A stretch of DNA of 64,000 nt from an uncultured cyanobacterium (GTDB lineage: Bacteria; Cyanobacteriota; Cyanobacteriia; Cyanobacteriales; Microcystaceae): contig CAWEDJ010000067.1 of assembly GCA_963807635.1 (NCBI GenBank), forward strand, positions 81,918 to 145,917, in the 5' to 3' direction. The translations under genes and the position numbers were made by a program. Under the pieces are notes generated by a model. It was not told the DNA's origin, searched no databases, and was given only the letters and a program-made list of their open reading frames with translations. This document shows positions 45,819 to 56,208 of the stretch, piece by piece (position 1 is the stretch's first letter; each line of letters begins with the position of its first letter).

Positions 45819-46346
45819 ATGTTTTTTAAATCTTGCCTTACAGTTGTAACTCTTTCTGCCGTGATAACCCCTGTCGTCGTCCTGGCGGGCGCGCAAGCAC
45901 CACTCAAAGGATCGGCTACTACTACTTTCGCCATTACTTCTGCCCAATTATCCAGTGCAGTCGATCAAAATCCTGGAGGACTGATTAACTTTGAACTACA
46001 GGACGGAGTCAATGGTCTCTCTGTTAACAACAATAGCGTTCTGGTGAAAAATCCTGGTAGCTATCTCATTGTGGCCGCTCCCCAAGTAACAGCAACTAAG
46101 GATGGAGGTTGTTTAGATGCTTGGTTTGTATTGAATGGACAGGATGTCAAAAACAGTGGTGTTCGTTTGTGCCAAGCAAAAAAAGATAACACAAATGTTT
46201 TAGTCTCTCAGGTGGTCATGAAGCTCAAGTCGGGCGATAAAATTCAAGTGAAGACGGCTGGAGATGGTGCAAAACTGGATGCCATACAGCCCAAGAAAGG
46301 CCCCTTAATTCCATCGATTATTTTCACTGTTTTAGGATTGAATTAA
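45819..46346 (+). CDS. Secreted beta-sandwich protein (C1q/BclA-CTD-like)
   Basis: Signal peptide; VKNPGSYLI, WFVLNG, MKLKSGDKIQV pattern. Confidence 0.6.
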   Translation: MFFKSCLTVVTLSAVITPVVVLAGAQAPLKGSATTTFAITSAQLSSAVDQNPGGLINFELQDGVNGLSVNNNSVLVKNPGSYLIVAAPQVTATKDGGCLDAWFVLNGQDVKNSGVRLCQAKKDNTNVLVSQVVMKLKSGDKIQVKTAGDGAKLDAIQPKKGPLIPSIIFTVLGLN

Positions 46347-46356
46347 CAAAGATAGT

Positions 46357-46467
46357 GGCGTTGTTATATTAGGAATAAATTCAAATGATTTGATCTTGGT
46401 GAAATCTTGATGATTAGGATTTTACTGTGTATATATTGTTTTATTTCTTTTTAAGGTAAACAACGCC
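46357..46467. mobile_element. Degenerate 111-bp MITE-like element
   Basis: Inverted ends GGCGTTGTT and AACAACGCC, with weaker similarity extending inward. Confidence 0.5.
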
Positions 46468-46593
46468 TTTTTAATCAATCTATGGGCGATCACCAAAGTT
46501 TTTCATAAATTTCTATGAATCTCAATCTTAGACATGGGGATCACAAAGGACGGTAAAATTAGGATTGATCCTTAATTTTGTTAAATTTTAATC

Positions 46594-46896
46594 ATGAGTG
46601 ACATAAATTCTAATGTAGAAACCACAACAGGAGCCGATGCTATTGATACCGCGATCGCGGCGGGCATTGATTTTGATGGTTCACCGATCCCGCCCGAAAA
46701 GCTGGAACTCTACCATAGCGTGATGGGATTAGAAGCGGGCAGACAACGCAGTGGAGTGAGTAATACCATGCGCTCTCGGATTGTGCGTATTGGTGCAAAA
46801 CATATCCCCCAGGCAGAACTGGATCAAAAATTAGTTCAGGCAGGATTCGCCCCCTTAAAGGAAAAAGAAGTTGCTTTTTTCTATAGTGGTAAATAG
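46594..46896 (+). CDS. Conserved cyanobacterial protein (DUF4090-like)
   Basis: GIDFDGSPIP, RQRSGVSNTMRSRIVRIGAKH. Confidence 0.8.
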   Translation: MSDINSNVETTTGADAIDTAIAAGIDFDGSPIPPEKLELYHSVMGLEAGRQRSGVSNTMRSRIVRIGAKHIPQAELDQKLVQAGFAPLKEKEVAFFYSGK

Positions 46897-46921
46897 TTCT
46901 CCTTCCCATTGACTGATCGCT

Positions 46922-48408
46922 ATGTTAGAAAAACAGACCTTACAACCCGTTGATAAAGTGGCCATGGCCCTCATGGTTGCATTAACCGTCGTGACGGGCG
47001 GGTTAATTTTAGGCAGTAAATTCTGTAATAATAATTGCTGGTTTGAAAATCGACCCAGGGTACAAAATTTTAGCTGGCAAGAGCAAGTCGTTGGTTTGGA
47101 AGATAAGGCTTTTATTTTGACCTTTGACCGTCCGATGGATCAGCCCGATGTGGAGAAAAATTTAGTCATTAATCCTGCCTTACCTGGAAAATTCAGTTGG
47201 TCGGGTCGTAAGTTAGCCTATACCCTCGAAACGCCCATTCCCTACGGGGAAACCTATCAGGTGCAATTATCCGATGTGCAGGAACATTTCCTGGGTCGAG
47301 AGAAAGAAGGAAAAACGATTCAACCCTTTGTCGGAGAATTTCGGAGTCGCGATCGCGCCTTTGCCTATATTGGAACCCAGGGCGAGGAACAGGGTCGTCT
47401 GATTTTTTATAATTTAACCCAACAAAAAAAGACCGTTCTAACGCCACCGAATTTGACCGTAGTGGATTTTAAATTTTATCCCAAGGGCGATCGCATCCTC
47501 TTTTAGCGGCGGATAGAGCATTAGGTTTTGAGGGATTGCGCCAATTGCAACTCTACAGTATTCCCACAACGGGAAGTGATAATCCCAATGTTCCCTTAGA
47601 ACCCCAATTATTGCTCGATAACAAAGATTATCAAAACAATCAATTCGATATTTCCGCCGATGGCAAAATCATTGTGGTGCAACGGGTGAATCGGCAAAAT
47701 CCCGCAGACTTTGATCTCTGGATGCTGAAGGAAGGAGAAGATCCCCAACGTCTGAAGGTAACTGGGGGAGATTTTCGGATCGCACCTGATAGCAAAAGTC
47801 TCGCGGTGGCGAAGGGAGAAGGTATTGGTATTTTACCCCTACAACCCAATGGCAAACCCCTGGATTTTTTACCTAAATTTGGTCAATTATTGAGTTTTTC
47901 CCCCGATGGCACTGCCGCAACGGTAGTCAATTTTAATACGGATAATGCCAAAATGCGTTACACGCGATCGCTGTTTTATGTGAATAACAAGGGTGTGCAA
48001 AAAGAATTATTAACCACCGAAGGCTCAATTATTAACTGTCAATTTAACGGAACTAATACAGAAATTTATTGTTTATTAACCCACTTAGCTAAGGGTAAAG
48101 ATTATCAAGAACAACCCTATTTTACAAAAATTGATCTGAAAACAAATCAAGTGACTCCGTTAGCAACCTTACCTGAATATCGAGACACCAAAGTCAGTTT
48201 GTCTCCCGATGGTGTAGCCCTTTTATTTGACCAAGTTCTTGCCAGTAATCAAGGGAATTCTAATACAAGTTTAAGCACGAATGCAGGGGAATCCGTTCTG
48301 GGCGGGAAACTTTGGTTATTGATTCCTCCTATCGGGAATTCAGAAAAACAACAACCCGATTTAAAGGAGTTACCCTTAGAAGGATTTCGTCCCCAATGGG
48401 CCCCTTGA
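46922..48408 (+). CDS. Membrane-anchored Ig-like + beta-propeller (TolB-like) protein; frameshift near 47504
   Basis: TM, LTFDRPMD, PGKFSWSG, repeated SPDG units; ORFs 46922-47506 and 47536-48408 join with one added base. Confidence 0.78.
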
Positions 48409-48432
48409 TAGTTGATAGTTGATAGTTGATAA
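48405..48432 (+). repeat. Short tandem heptamer repeat (STRR-type)
   Basis: (TTGATAG)x3 followed by TTGATAA. Confidence 0.8.
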
Positions 48433-48649
48433 ATTCAGAACGAAAACAGTTTATTTTTTTAGTGTTTACTAGACGAAATATCCAGTATTGTTGACTTTTG
48501 ATGCAAATAATAAAACCCTTGCTGCCTATAGATTACGGAGTTTAGATGCGTTTTTTCTGAGTATGAAGTTAATAATTGTTAAGTTGCTAGAGAATACACC
48601 TATAATGTTCTTTTTACTCCATTTTTAAATTGTTTAATCAATTGCTGTT

Positions 48650-51600
48650 ATGGAATTCAAAGATTTACCATTGACTGAAAGAGAAATATTAAAAGGTTCA
48701 GCTAAGATTTTGATTGTCGATGATTCTGAAAGCGATCGCTTTAGCTTCGTGCGGTATTTACAATCAGACAAAGAAAATTCCTATCATATTATTGAAGCGG
48801 AAACTTTAGAAGAAGGGTTGGAACTATGGCGATCTCAGCAACCCGATGTTGTATTACTAGATATTAATCTACCCGATGGCGACGGTTTAGAATTTTTAAG
48901 AGAAATTGGGACTGATCAAGCAATCAATAAGCTACCCGTGATTATGTTGACGGGACAAGGAGATGAGCGTATTGCAGTACGAGCGATGAAATTAGGAGCG
49001 GCGGATTATTTAATCAAAAAAGATATTACAGCCCTTTTACTTTTGACCACTATTCGTCAGGTACAAGAGAATGATTTACTCTTCCAACAACTGAGGCGAT
49101 CGCAACAGCAACAAACGATAATTGCCTCAATGGCTCTACACATCCGTCGGTCTCTCAACTTTGAAGAGGTTGCTAATCAGACCGTCCAGGAAATACGTCG
49201 CTTTTTAGAGGCGGATCGGACGATCATTTACCGATTCACCCCTGATATGAGCGGGGTAATTGTTGCCGAAGCCGTTATTCCCCCTTGGTTGCCCTGCTTG
49301 AATGCTCAAGTCGAAGATACTTGTTTTCAAGAAAATATGGGTGGAGAATATCAACAGGGTAAAGTTTTTGCGGCGGCGGATATTTATGCGGCGAATCTAA
49401 CAGAGTGCCATATCCAACTCCTGGAAAGATTTCAGGTCAAGGCCAATCTCGTCGTTCCTATCTTATTGAATGGTAATAATACGCTCTGGGGATTATTGAT
49501 CGCCCATCAATGTTCGGCTCCCCGTCAATGGCACGAAGAAGACATTCAACTATTGCATCAGTTATCCGTCCATTTAGCGATCGCCCTGCAACAAGCCGAA
49601 CTTTATCAAAATCTGCAAACCATGAATTCCTTGCTAGAGGAGAAAGTACAGGAGCGCACTAAGAAATTACAACTGCAAAATAAAGTTTTAGAAGAGATCC
49701 ATGATGGTGTGGTAACGACTGATCTTAATGGCATCATTCTCAGTTGGAATCGTGGCTCAGAAAAACTCTATGGCTATACAGAGAATGAGGTATTGGGGCG
49801 GAATGTAGCTTTTATCTATGAAGATGCCGAAGCTCTGCAAGTCGAGGTGATTGCTCCTCTGTTCGATAAGGGTAGCCATGCTGCGGAAGTTGTTGTCCGT
49901 TCTAAATCAGGAAAACGCATCTATGTTAGCTTGCACCTTTCTGTCGTCAGAGATGAGCAGGGTGACATTACCCATTTGATTGGTTGTGCTAATGACATTA
50001 GCGATCGCAAACGTGCCGAACAGGAACTTCAGCAACTCAACCAAGAGCTAGAAACAAAAGTCTTAGAACGCACCCAAGAACTAGCACAGGTTAATAGTCT
50101 CCAACGAGCTATCTTAGAAAGTGCCAATTACGCAATCATTTCCACCGACTTAGATGGCATCATTCAGACCTGTAATCATTCCGTCGAAAGGATGCTTGGT
50201 TACAAACCCTCAGAACTAATTGGCAAAGTGACACCTGAGATCATTCACGATCGCCAAGAGGTCATTGATAGAGCCGCAACTCTCTCTGCTGAACTGGATC
50301 AAGATATTCCTGTTGGGTTTGAAGTGTTTGTTGCCAAATCCCGTCAAGGTATTGTTAGCGAACAAGAATGGACTTATATCCGCAAAGATGATTCTCGCTT
50401 TCCCGTGTTGATATCTGTCACTGCCCTTAAGAATGATAACCAACAAATTATTGGTTTCTTAGGCATTGCGAAAGATATTAGCGATCGCAAACAAGCAGAA
50501 GAAGCCTTACGAGAAAGCGAAAGACGTTTTGTAACTTTAGCGGAGGCGGCTCCCGTTGGTATTTTCCAGACAGATGTAATGGGTCAAACTATTTATGTCA
50601 ATCCTGCTTGGGGAGATATTACGGGGCGCGAACTCGAAGCGGCTCTAGGGAGTGGTTGGCTCGAAACTATCCATCCCGAAGATCGCCAATGGATTTTGAG
50701 AGAATCAAGTGAGGGAATTAAGCAACGGAGAAGTTTCCAAACGGAGGCCAGATGCCTTAGACCTGATGGCACGATTACCTGGTTTTACTGTCAGGTAAGC
50801 CCCAAATTAGACTCTAACAATAATGTTTTGGGTTACATTGGCACTTTAACGGATATTAGCGATCGCAAACAAGCAGAACAGGAACTTTTAGAAAATCAGC
50901 GATTGATTCAACAAATTGCCGATTCATCCCCCAATGTCCTCTATCTTTATGATGTACAACAACAACGTAATGCCTATGCTAACCGCGAGATTTTAAAGAC
51001 GCTAGGTTACTCAGCGATCGAAGTCCAAACAATAGGGGCGAATTGGTTGCCGAGTGTCATGCACCCCGATGATCTTGCGCCCACTTTAGAACACTTTGAA
51101 AAATTGAAACGGGCTGATGATGACGAAATTTTCTCCCATGAATATCGCTTGAGACACGCCAACGGAGAATGGCGATATTTCTATAGTCGAGATCTAATCT
51201 TCAGTCGAGATACGCAGGGAGAAGTCAGGCTGATTATTGGAACGGCTCAAGATATTACCGATCGCAAACTAGCGGAAGTCCAACTCCAACAAAAGAATAT
51301 TGAACTCCAACAATTGGTGCAACTGCGCGAGGAAGCCCTCACTCTACGCGAAGATATGTCCAACATGATTGTCCACGATTTGCGTAATCCTTTGTCGGCA
51401 ATGCTTCTATCGGCTGAAATTATTCAAAGATACGGCGATCGCCCCGATCAACAAGCGTTGATGGCCAAAAAAGCAGAGCAAATTTTAAAATCTGGTAACC
51501 GACTGAAAGCGATGATTGATAGTTTGCTGTTAATGGCCAAATTAGAATCAGGAAAAATTCTTTTTAATCCAGTGCCAACAGATTTACACGAGTTAGGGAC

Positions 51601-52014
51601 TGCGATCGTAAGCGATTTTGAATTAACCGCCCAGTCCCAAAGGATTGAGCTAAAAGGAGAACTACCTAGCCCAGGTAATAGCATTATTATTGATGCCGTG
51701 ATTCTACGTCGAGTCATTGAAAACTTAATCTCCAATGCCCTAAAATTTTCTCCTCCGAATAGTCAAGTATGGCTACAAATCGAGTATTTCCCCGAAAATC
51801 ATCTGCGAGTTAAGGTGATAGATAATGGGCCAGGCGTAAGTCCAGATCAAGCAGAGGACATCTTTAAAAAGTTTGAAATCGGAACCATTAAACAAAATGT
51901 TTCTCAAATTGGTTTAGGTTTAGCCTTCTGTAAAATGGCAGTAGAAGCTCAAGGAGGCACTTTAGCGATCGCGCCCAATCAGCCCAGGGTTCTATTTTTA
52001 CCGTAGAAATTTGA
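48650..52014 (+). CDS. Hybrid sensor kinase REC-GAF(cyanobacteriochrome, DXCF)-PAS x4-HisKA-HATPase
   Basis: LIVDD/LLD/K receiver; GAF with EDTCF and ECH; four PAS/PAC units ending DISDRK or DITDRK; HDLRNPL, NALKF, DNGPG, GLGL. The terminal GSIFTVEI* needs one added base near 51985. Confidence 0.9.
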
Positions 52015-52039
52015 GTCAATGGCAACTTTATCTCCCGAA

Positions 52040-53242
52040 TTATTCTAGTCCTAAAGAATTTTCAAAGGCTTCAATTACGATATCCGAAACTTCTTTAATG
52101 CGATAACGACAAGCCATTGTTTCAGCACAATTAAAGCTTCCTTTTTCCCAATATTTATTGCTTCCTGCACCGCCACCACACAATCCAAAATAATCACAGG
52201 TTTGTTGACACAATTCGACACCTGCTTTCATATCCTGATAAATAGTCAGAAATTTTTCAGTGTTACAAATAGACTCAAAACTATCCGTTAAAACATTACC
52301 GAAGACAAAATCACCATATTTTTCCGTTTTAACTGATAACAATTCAGGATCAAAGGTCGAAAAATTACCCTGATTATCAATACTGACAATCACAAAAGGA
52401 TGATTCATATCGGTCTTATCTAAGCGTTCTTCAGTATAAATCAAACCACAAATTGCTTCAAATTCTCGGACTTGAAATCCACCTTCACTCTGGGTTGTTA
52501 GTTCCCAAAAGCGTTTAATGAATGCTCGATAGCGTTCTACTACCCCCTCTTTTTCTAAGGAAGATTTGAGATGAATTCCTTCTGTTTCTTCCATATTAAA
52601 GCCCACATCTCTGAGATTATGATCATAGAAAAATGTAAACATTTCATCAGGATAATTAACAGAATCTTCCGTTAAAACCGCAATCACGTTATGACAAATT
52701 TCATTTTTCTGTAAATATTCAATTCCCCGCATGGCGGCGGCATGACTCCCTAACCCTGTCCGTGTTTTACGATGGACATCATGGATAAAGTCGGGGCCAT
52801 CAATACTCACGCCGATATCTACCTTAAATTCCTTAAATAAATCACACCAATCCTGATTAATTAAGATGGCATTTGTTTGAAAAGAATGATTAAATTGTAA
52901 ATTTTTATGATTATATTTTTGGCTACATTCAGCAATTAATTTAAAGGCTTCTCGATAAAAACTAATAGGAGCCGCTAGAGGTTCGCCTGCGTGCCAACAA
53001 ATGGTAAAGTTTTCTGTTGTAAAGGGACTTTCAAATATGGCTTTACAAATGGGATCAATTAAATCGAGAGAGAGTTGATTTTTGAGATGGCGATCGGGTA
53101 AATAGCAATAATCACAATCTAGGTTGCAAAAAGAGGTGGGTTGAATAACAGCTAGGGTTAGCGGCCCAAATTTAGAGGTGTCTAGAAAATTATCTTCTTG
53201 TTGTAAATTTTGTTTTTTGAGATCCAATGAAACTAATGTCAT
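52040..53242 (-). CDS. grrM: Cyclophane-forming radical SAM/SPASM peptide maturase (GrrM/OscB family)
   Basis: QPTSFCNLDCDYCY, WHAGEP, FSTFDPELL, CQQTCDYFGLCGGGAGSNKYWE..C..ETMAC. Confidence 0.93.
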   Translation of the reverse strand: MTLVSLDLKKQNLQQEDNFLDTSKFGPLTLAVIQPTSFCNLDCDYCYLPDRHLKNQLSLDLIDPICKAIFESPFTTENFTICWHAGEPLAAPISFYREAFKLIAECSQKYNHKNLQFNHSFQTNAILINQDWCDLFKEFKVDIGVSIDGPDFIHDVHRKTRTGLGSHAAAMRGIEYLQKNEICHNVIAVLTEDSVNYPDEMFTFFYDHNLRDVGFNMEETEGIHLKSSLEKEGVVERYRAFIKRFWELTTQSEGGFQVREFEAICGLIYTEERLDKTDMNHPFVIVSIDNQGNFSTFDPELLSVKTEKYGDFVFGNVLTDSFESICNTEKFLTIYQDMKAGVELCQQTCDYFGLCGGGAGSNKYWEKGSFNCAETMACRYRIKEVSDIVIEAFENSLGLE

Positions 53243-53359
53243 TTTTTAATCTTTTGCTAGGAATAGTAAAAATAGAAGAATTAAGATAAAAACCGTTTCT
53301 GATCTGATTATTTGTCTTTTAGATGAATTACAAGATTTTGTGTTTAAATCCTACAGACT

Positions 53360-53387
53360 ATAAGGACATAATATATTATGTCCCTAC
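53360..53387. repeat. GTAG-type REP-like palindrome
   Basis: Reverse complement GTAGGGACATAATATATTATGTCCTTAT matches 4959-4987. Confidence 0.7.
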
Positions 53388-53440
53388 AAATATTGTGTCT
53401 GTTTCAAAAATCTGTGATTCGCCAGTATTTACAAAGGGAT

Positions 53441-53839
53441 TTAAAAACGATTCAAAAAGCCACCATTACGCCAACCAGGAGAATTTAGAAATCCACCATT
53501 GCCCCAGGGACGACTGTTAAAAAATCCGCCCCCATCTCTCCAACCGTTCCCCCAACCACCGCCGCCACGACGATTCACAAAACTGCCACCCCCCCGACCA
53601 TTGACCCAACCGATCGCGATGTCTCCATTGCCAGGAGCCTCTGACGCATTATTAGGTAACTGACTTTCTTTTGCTTTTAGGGTGGCTGAAATTCGGGTTA
53701 AACGGCCTTCGATGGAGCTTTGGGTTTGAGGGGTTGCCGTTGGGGAAATTTGGGGCGCGATCGCGGCATCAACGGGGGAACTAAAGGCAGATAAAGCCAC
53801 TAAAAAGCTGGCCCAGCCCATTTGAGTTTTAATATTCAA
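53441..53839 (-). CDS. grrA: GrrA/OscA-family Gly-rich RiPP precursor 1
   Basis: TTG start with GGAGGA RBS; leader SIEGRLTRIS; core with nine [WF]-x-[ND] motifs. Confidence 0.9.
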   Translation of the reverse strand: MNIKTQMGWASFLVALSAFSSPVDAAIAPQISPTATPQTQSSIEGRLTRISATLKAKESQLPNNASEAPGNGDIAIGWVNGRGGGSFVNRRGGGGWGNGWRDGGGFFNSRPWGNGGFLNSPGWRNGGFLNRF

Positions 53840-53906
53840 AGTTTATCCTCCTGATTTTTTTAATCAAAATTTAGCAATTCACTATAGACGAAATTAAAAT
53901 TATGCC

Positions 53907-53944
53907 AAAAGATGAGTTAGATACATTAAACTAACCCATCTTTA
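53907..53944 (-). terminator. Hairpin between the two precursor genes (terminator or stabiliser)
   Basis: AAAAGATGAGTTAG / CTAACCCATCTTT inverted repeat. Confidence 0.55.
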
Positions 53945-53970
53945 GAGATAAAGTAGGGCTAAGATTGAAT

Positions 53971-54297
53971 TTAACGGCGATTCAAGAAACCGCCACCATC
54001 ACTCCAACCATTGCGCCAACCGCCACCACGATTAGCATTAACAAAGCCACCGCCACCACGAACATTGGCAAAACCGAGAGCTAGGTTTCCATTCCCAGGC
54101 GTTTCTGAGGTTTTCTCAGGGAACTGACTTTCCTTGGCTTTTAGAGTAGCAGAAATTCGAGTTAAACGATTTTCAATAGAGGCTTGAGTTTGAGTTGTTG
54201 GGGAAGTTTGGGGCGCGATCGCCGCATCTACGGGTAAATTAAAAGCTGAGAGAGCAACTAAGAAGCTTGCCCAGCCCATTTGAGTCTTAATATTCAT
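53971..54297 (-). CDS. grrA: GrrA/OscA-family Gly-rich RiPP precursor 2
   Basis: Leader nearly identical to precursor 1; core motifs FAN, FVN, WRN, WSD, FLN. Confidence 0.9.
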   Translation of the reverse strand: MNIKTQMGWASFLVALSAFNLPVDAAIAPQTSPTTQTQASIENRLTRISATLKAKESQFPEKTSETPGNGNLALGFANVRGGGGFVNANRGGGWRNGWSDGGGFLNRR

Positions 54298-54339
54298 GGA
54301 TTTCCTGATTGTGTTTAGCAAAAACTACTGAGTAACCCA

Positions 54340-55236
54340 TTATTTGGTTTCAGCAGGCGGAATTTGTTCGTGGGTAATGACGGTGTAATTAAAGAAACTA
54401 CGAATAACATCAGGATCAACGATGGTAATGCCATTGGGGCCAAGCCAGCGATCGACAATGCCACTGGCAGTTTTCTCTTGGGCTAAATAGTTCTCCATAA
54501 ACCCAACAATGGAGAAGTTTACTAAACGCAAAAAGGTGGGATCATGCTGACCTATCATACAAGCAACGCCATAACTGGCAAACGGAGTCTGGGGAACTAA
54601 TTTTGTATCCAATAATCCTGCTTTTTGACGCGCACCGTCGAGCAGAATACTATCTCCCGCGACACCATCCACCTTTCCTTCTTTCAGGGCAATTAATCCC
54701 GCCTCTAGGTTTTCTACAGGGACAAGTTTTGCCTTGGGTTGGGCCAGTTTGATCGCTTTTTCGCTAACAGTATTCGGAATAACCGCAATGCGTTTATCGA
54801 TTAAGGATTCAGGTGCGTCTAAATTGCTATTTTTGGGGACTAACAAGCGGATTCCCGTGATGCTGTAACTAACCGAGAAATCTATATACTTGTCTCTTGC
54901 CCAGGTGAAAGCCGTGTCACAGGTAATATCAATTTCTCCTGTGAGCAATTTGGGAATGCGATCGGCGATGGTTTTGGCTTCAACGGTCTCTAATGTAACG
55001 GGTTTACCCAGTTCTTTTTCTAATTGTTGCCGAACCAAGTTGACAATGCTCATGCTATAGCCATCAAGTTCGCCCTTGTCATTGACGTAGGAATAGGGAA
55101 TCAGTTCGGAGTTAATACCGAGGGTTAGTACCCCCGTTCTCGCGACTTTTTCCATCACTGTTTCCGCTAAAGTTGCCTTGGTTCCCGCTAAAATCAACAA
55201 CAGGCTTAAAAGGGGAATTGAAAGTTTTTTGAACAT
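54340..55236 (-). CDS. grrP: GrrP-like orphan extracellular solute-binding protein (SBP family 3)
   Basis: Signal peptide; ARTGVLT, AFTWARDKYIDFSVSY; directly upstream of the grrA genes with no permease nearby. Confidence 0.85.
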   Translation of the reverse strand: MFKKLSIPLLSLLLILAGTKATLAETVMEKVARTGVLTLGINSELIPYSYVNDKGELDGYSMSIVNLVRQQLEKELGKPVTLETVEAKTIADRIPKLLTGEIDITCDTAFTWARDKYIDFSVSYSITGIRLLVPKNSNLDAPESLIDKRIAVIPNTVSEKAIKLAQPKAKLVPVENLEAGLIALKEGKVDGVAGDSILLDGARQKAGLLDTKLVPQTPFASYGVACMIGQHDPTFLRLVNFSIVGFMENYLAQEKTASGIVDRWLGPNGITIVDPDVIRSFFNYTVITHEQIPPAETK

Positions 55237-55355
55237 TACGTCTCCTCACAAGTATCTCAATCCAGTCTAAGGCTAGAAATGCTTATTAGTTCAGCCTTTA
55301 TATATATTTTATTTTTCACGATGATTTGCCTTGAGATATCAAGCAGGAGATTATT

Positions 55356-56120
55356 TTGGTTACAATTCGGTGCGGCGATCCCGCAGGGATCTGCTCCGCA
55401 GTGCGCGTTTTTAGGAATATTGAAGCGGTTATTTTCGATAAAGATGGAACCCTAGAAGACTCTCAGGCTTATTTGCGGGAATTGGGAATCAAACGCGCTC
55501 GGTTGATTGATGCTCAGATTCCAGGCATTGGCGAACCCCTATTAATGGCTTTTGGGATGCAAGATAATCAACTCGATCCAGCAGGTTTAATGGCGGTGGG
55601 CAGTCGTCACGAAAATGAAATTGCGGCGGCGGCCTATATTGCCGAAACAGGAAGAAGTTGGTTTGAATCCCTCGCGATCGCCCGTTCTAGCTTTAATGAT
55701 GCCGATCAGTATTGTCAGCCTGATATGAATTCATCTCCCATGTTTGCAGGAAGTTTAGATGTGATTCAAACGCTCTCGGATGCGGGTTTAAAATTAGCCA
55801 TTCTTTCGGCGGCCAGTACGCCCAGTGTGGAAAGATTTGTGAAGGAACATCAACTTTCGCCCTATTTATCCCTACTGATGGGAGCCGAGCAGGGATTAAC
55901 AAAACCCAATCCTGTCTTTTTTCTCAAAGCCTGTGAAGCCTTGGGAGTAAAACCCGAAGTCACGTTAATGGTGGGAGATTCCCAGGGGGATATGGAAATG
56001 TCTAAAAAAGCTAAGGCGGCTGGGGCGATCGGGATTTGCTGGGGAAAAGTCCCGAAAACCCATCTCCAAAAAGCGGACGTTATTATTAATCATTTAGACC
56101 AAATTCAGGTAAAACGCTAG
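55356..56120 (+). CDS. HAD-family hydrolase
   Basis: IFDKDGTL, KPNP, MVGDSQGD. Confidence 0.9.
   Translation: MVTIRCGDPAGICSAVRVFRNIEAVIFDKDGTLEDSQAYLRELGIKRARLIDAQIPGIGEPLLMAFGMQDNQLDPAGLMAVGSRHENEIAAAAYIAETGRSWFESLAIARSSFNDADQYCQPDMNSSPMFAGSLDVIQTLSDAGLKLAILSAASTPSVERFVKEHQLSPYLSLLMGAEQGLTKPNPVFFLKACEALGVKPEVTLMVGDSQGDMEMSKKAKAAGAIGICWGKVPKTHLQKADVIINHLDQIQVKR
55381..55404. repeat. 24-nt HIP1-inserted small dispersed repeat (copy 2)
   Basis: GCGATC|CCGCAGGGATCTGCTCCGCAGTGC|GC; removal restores HIP1 and the reading CGDRVF. Confidence 0.75.
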
Positions 56121-56208
56121 ATCTAATCCAACAAAAGATTGCGTCCCTTCCCCTCTTTGTGGCGATCGCGTTTCAGATTGATCATTAAGAAAAGAGCGAT
56201 CGCCAATG

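Noticed and set aside
48650..53242. Functional link between the photoreceptor kinase and the grr cluster
   Set aside because: Only convergent adjacency; no shared regulatory evidence in the sequence.
52040..54321. Repetition in the grrA genes as a possible CRISPR or repeat array
   Set aside because: The repeats are coding Gly-rich motifs and a gene duplication. I saw no regular repeat-spacer array anywhere in the window.
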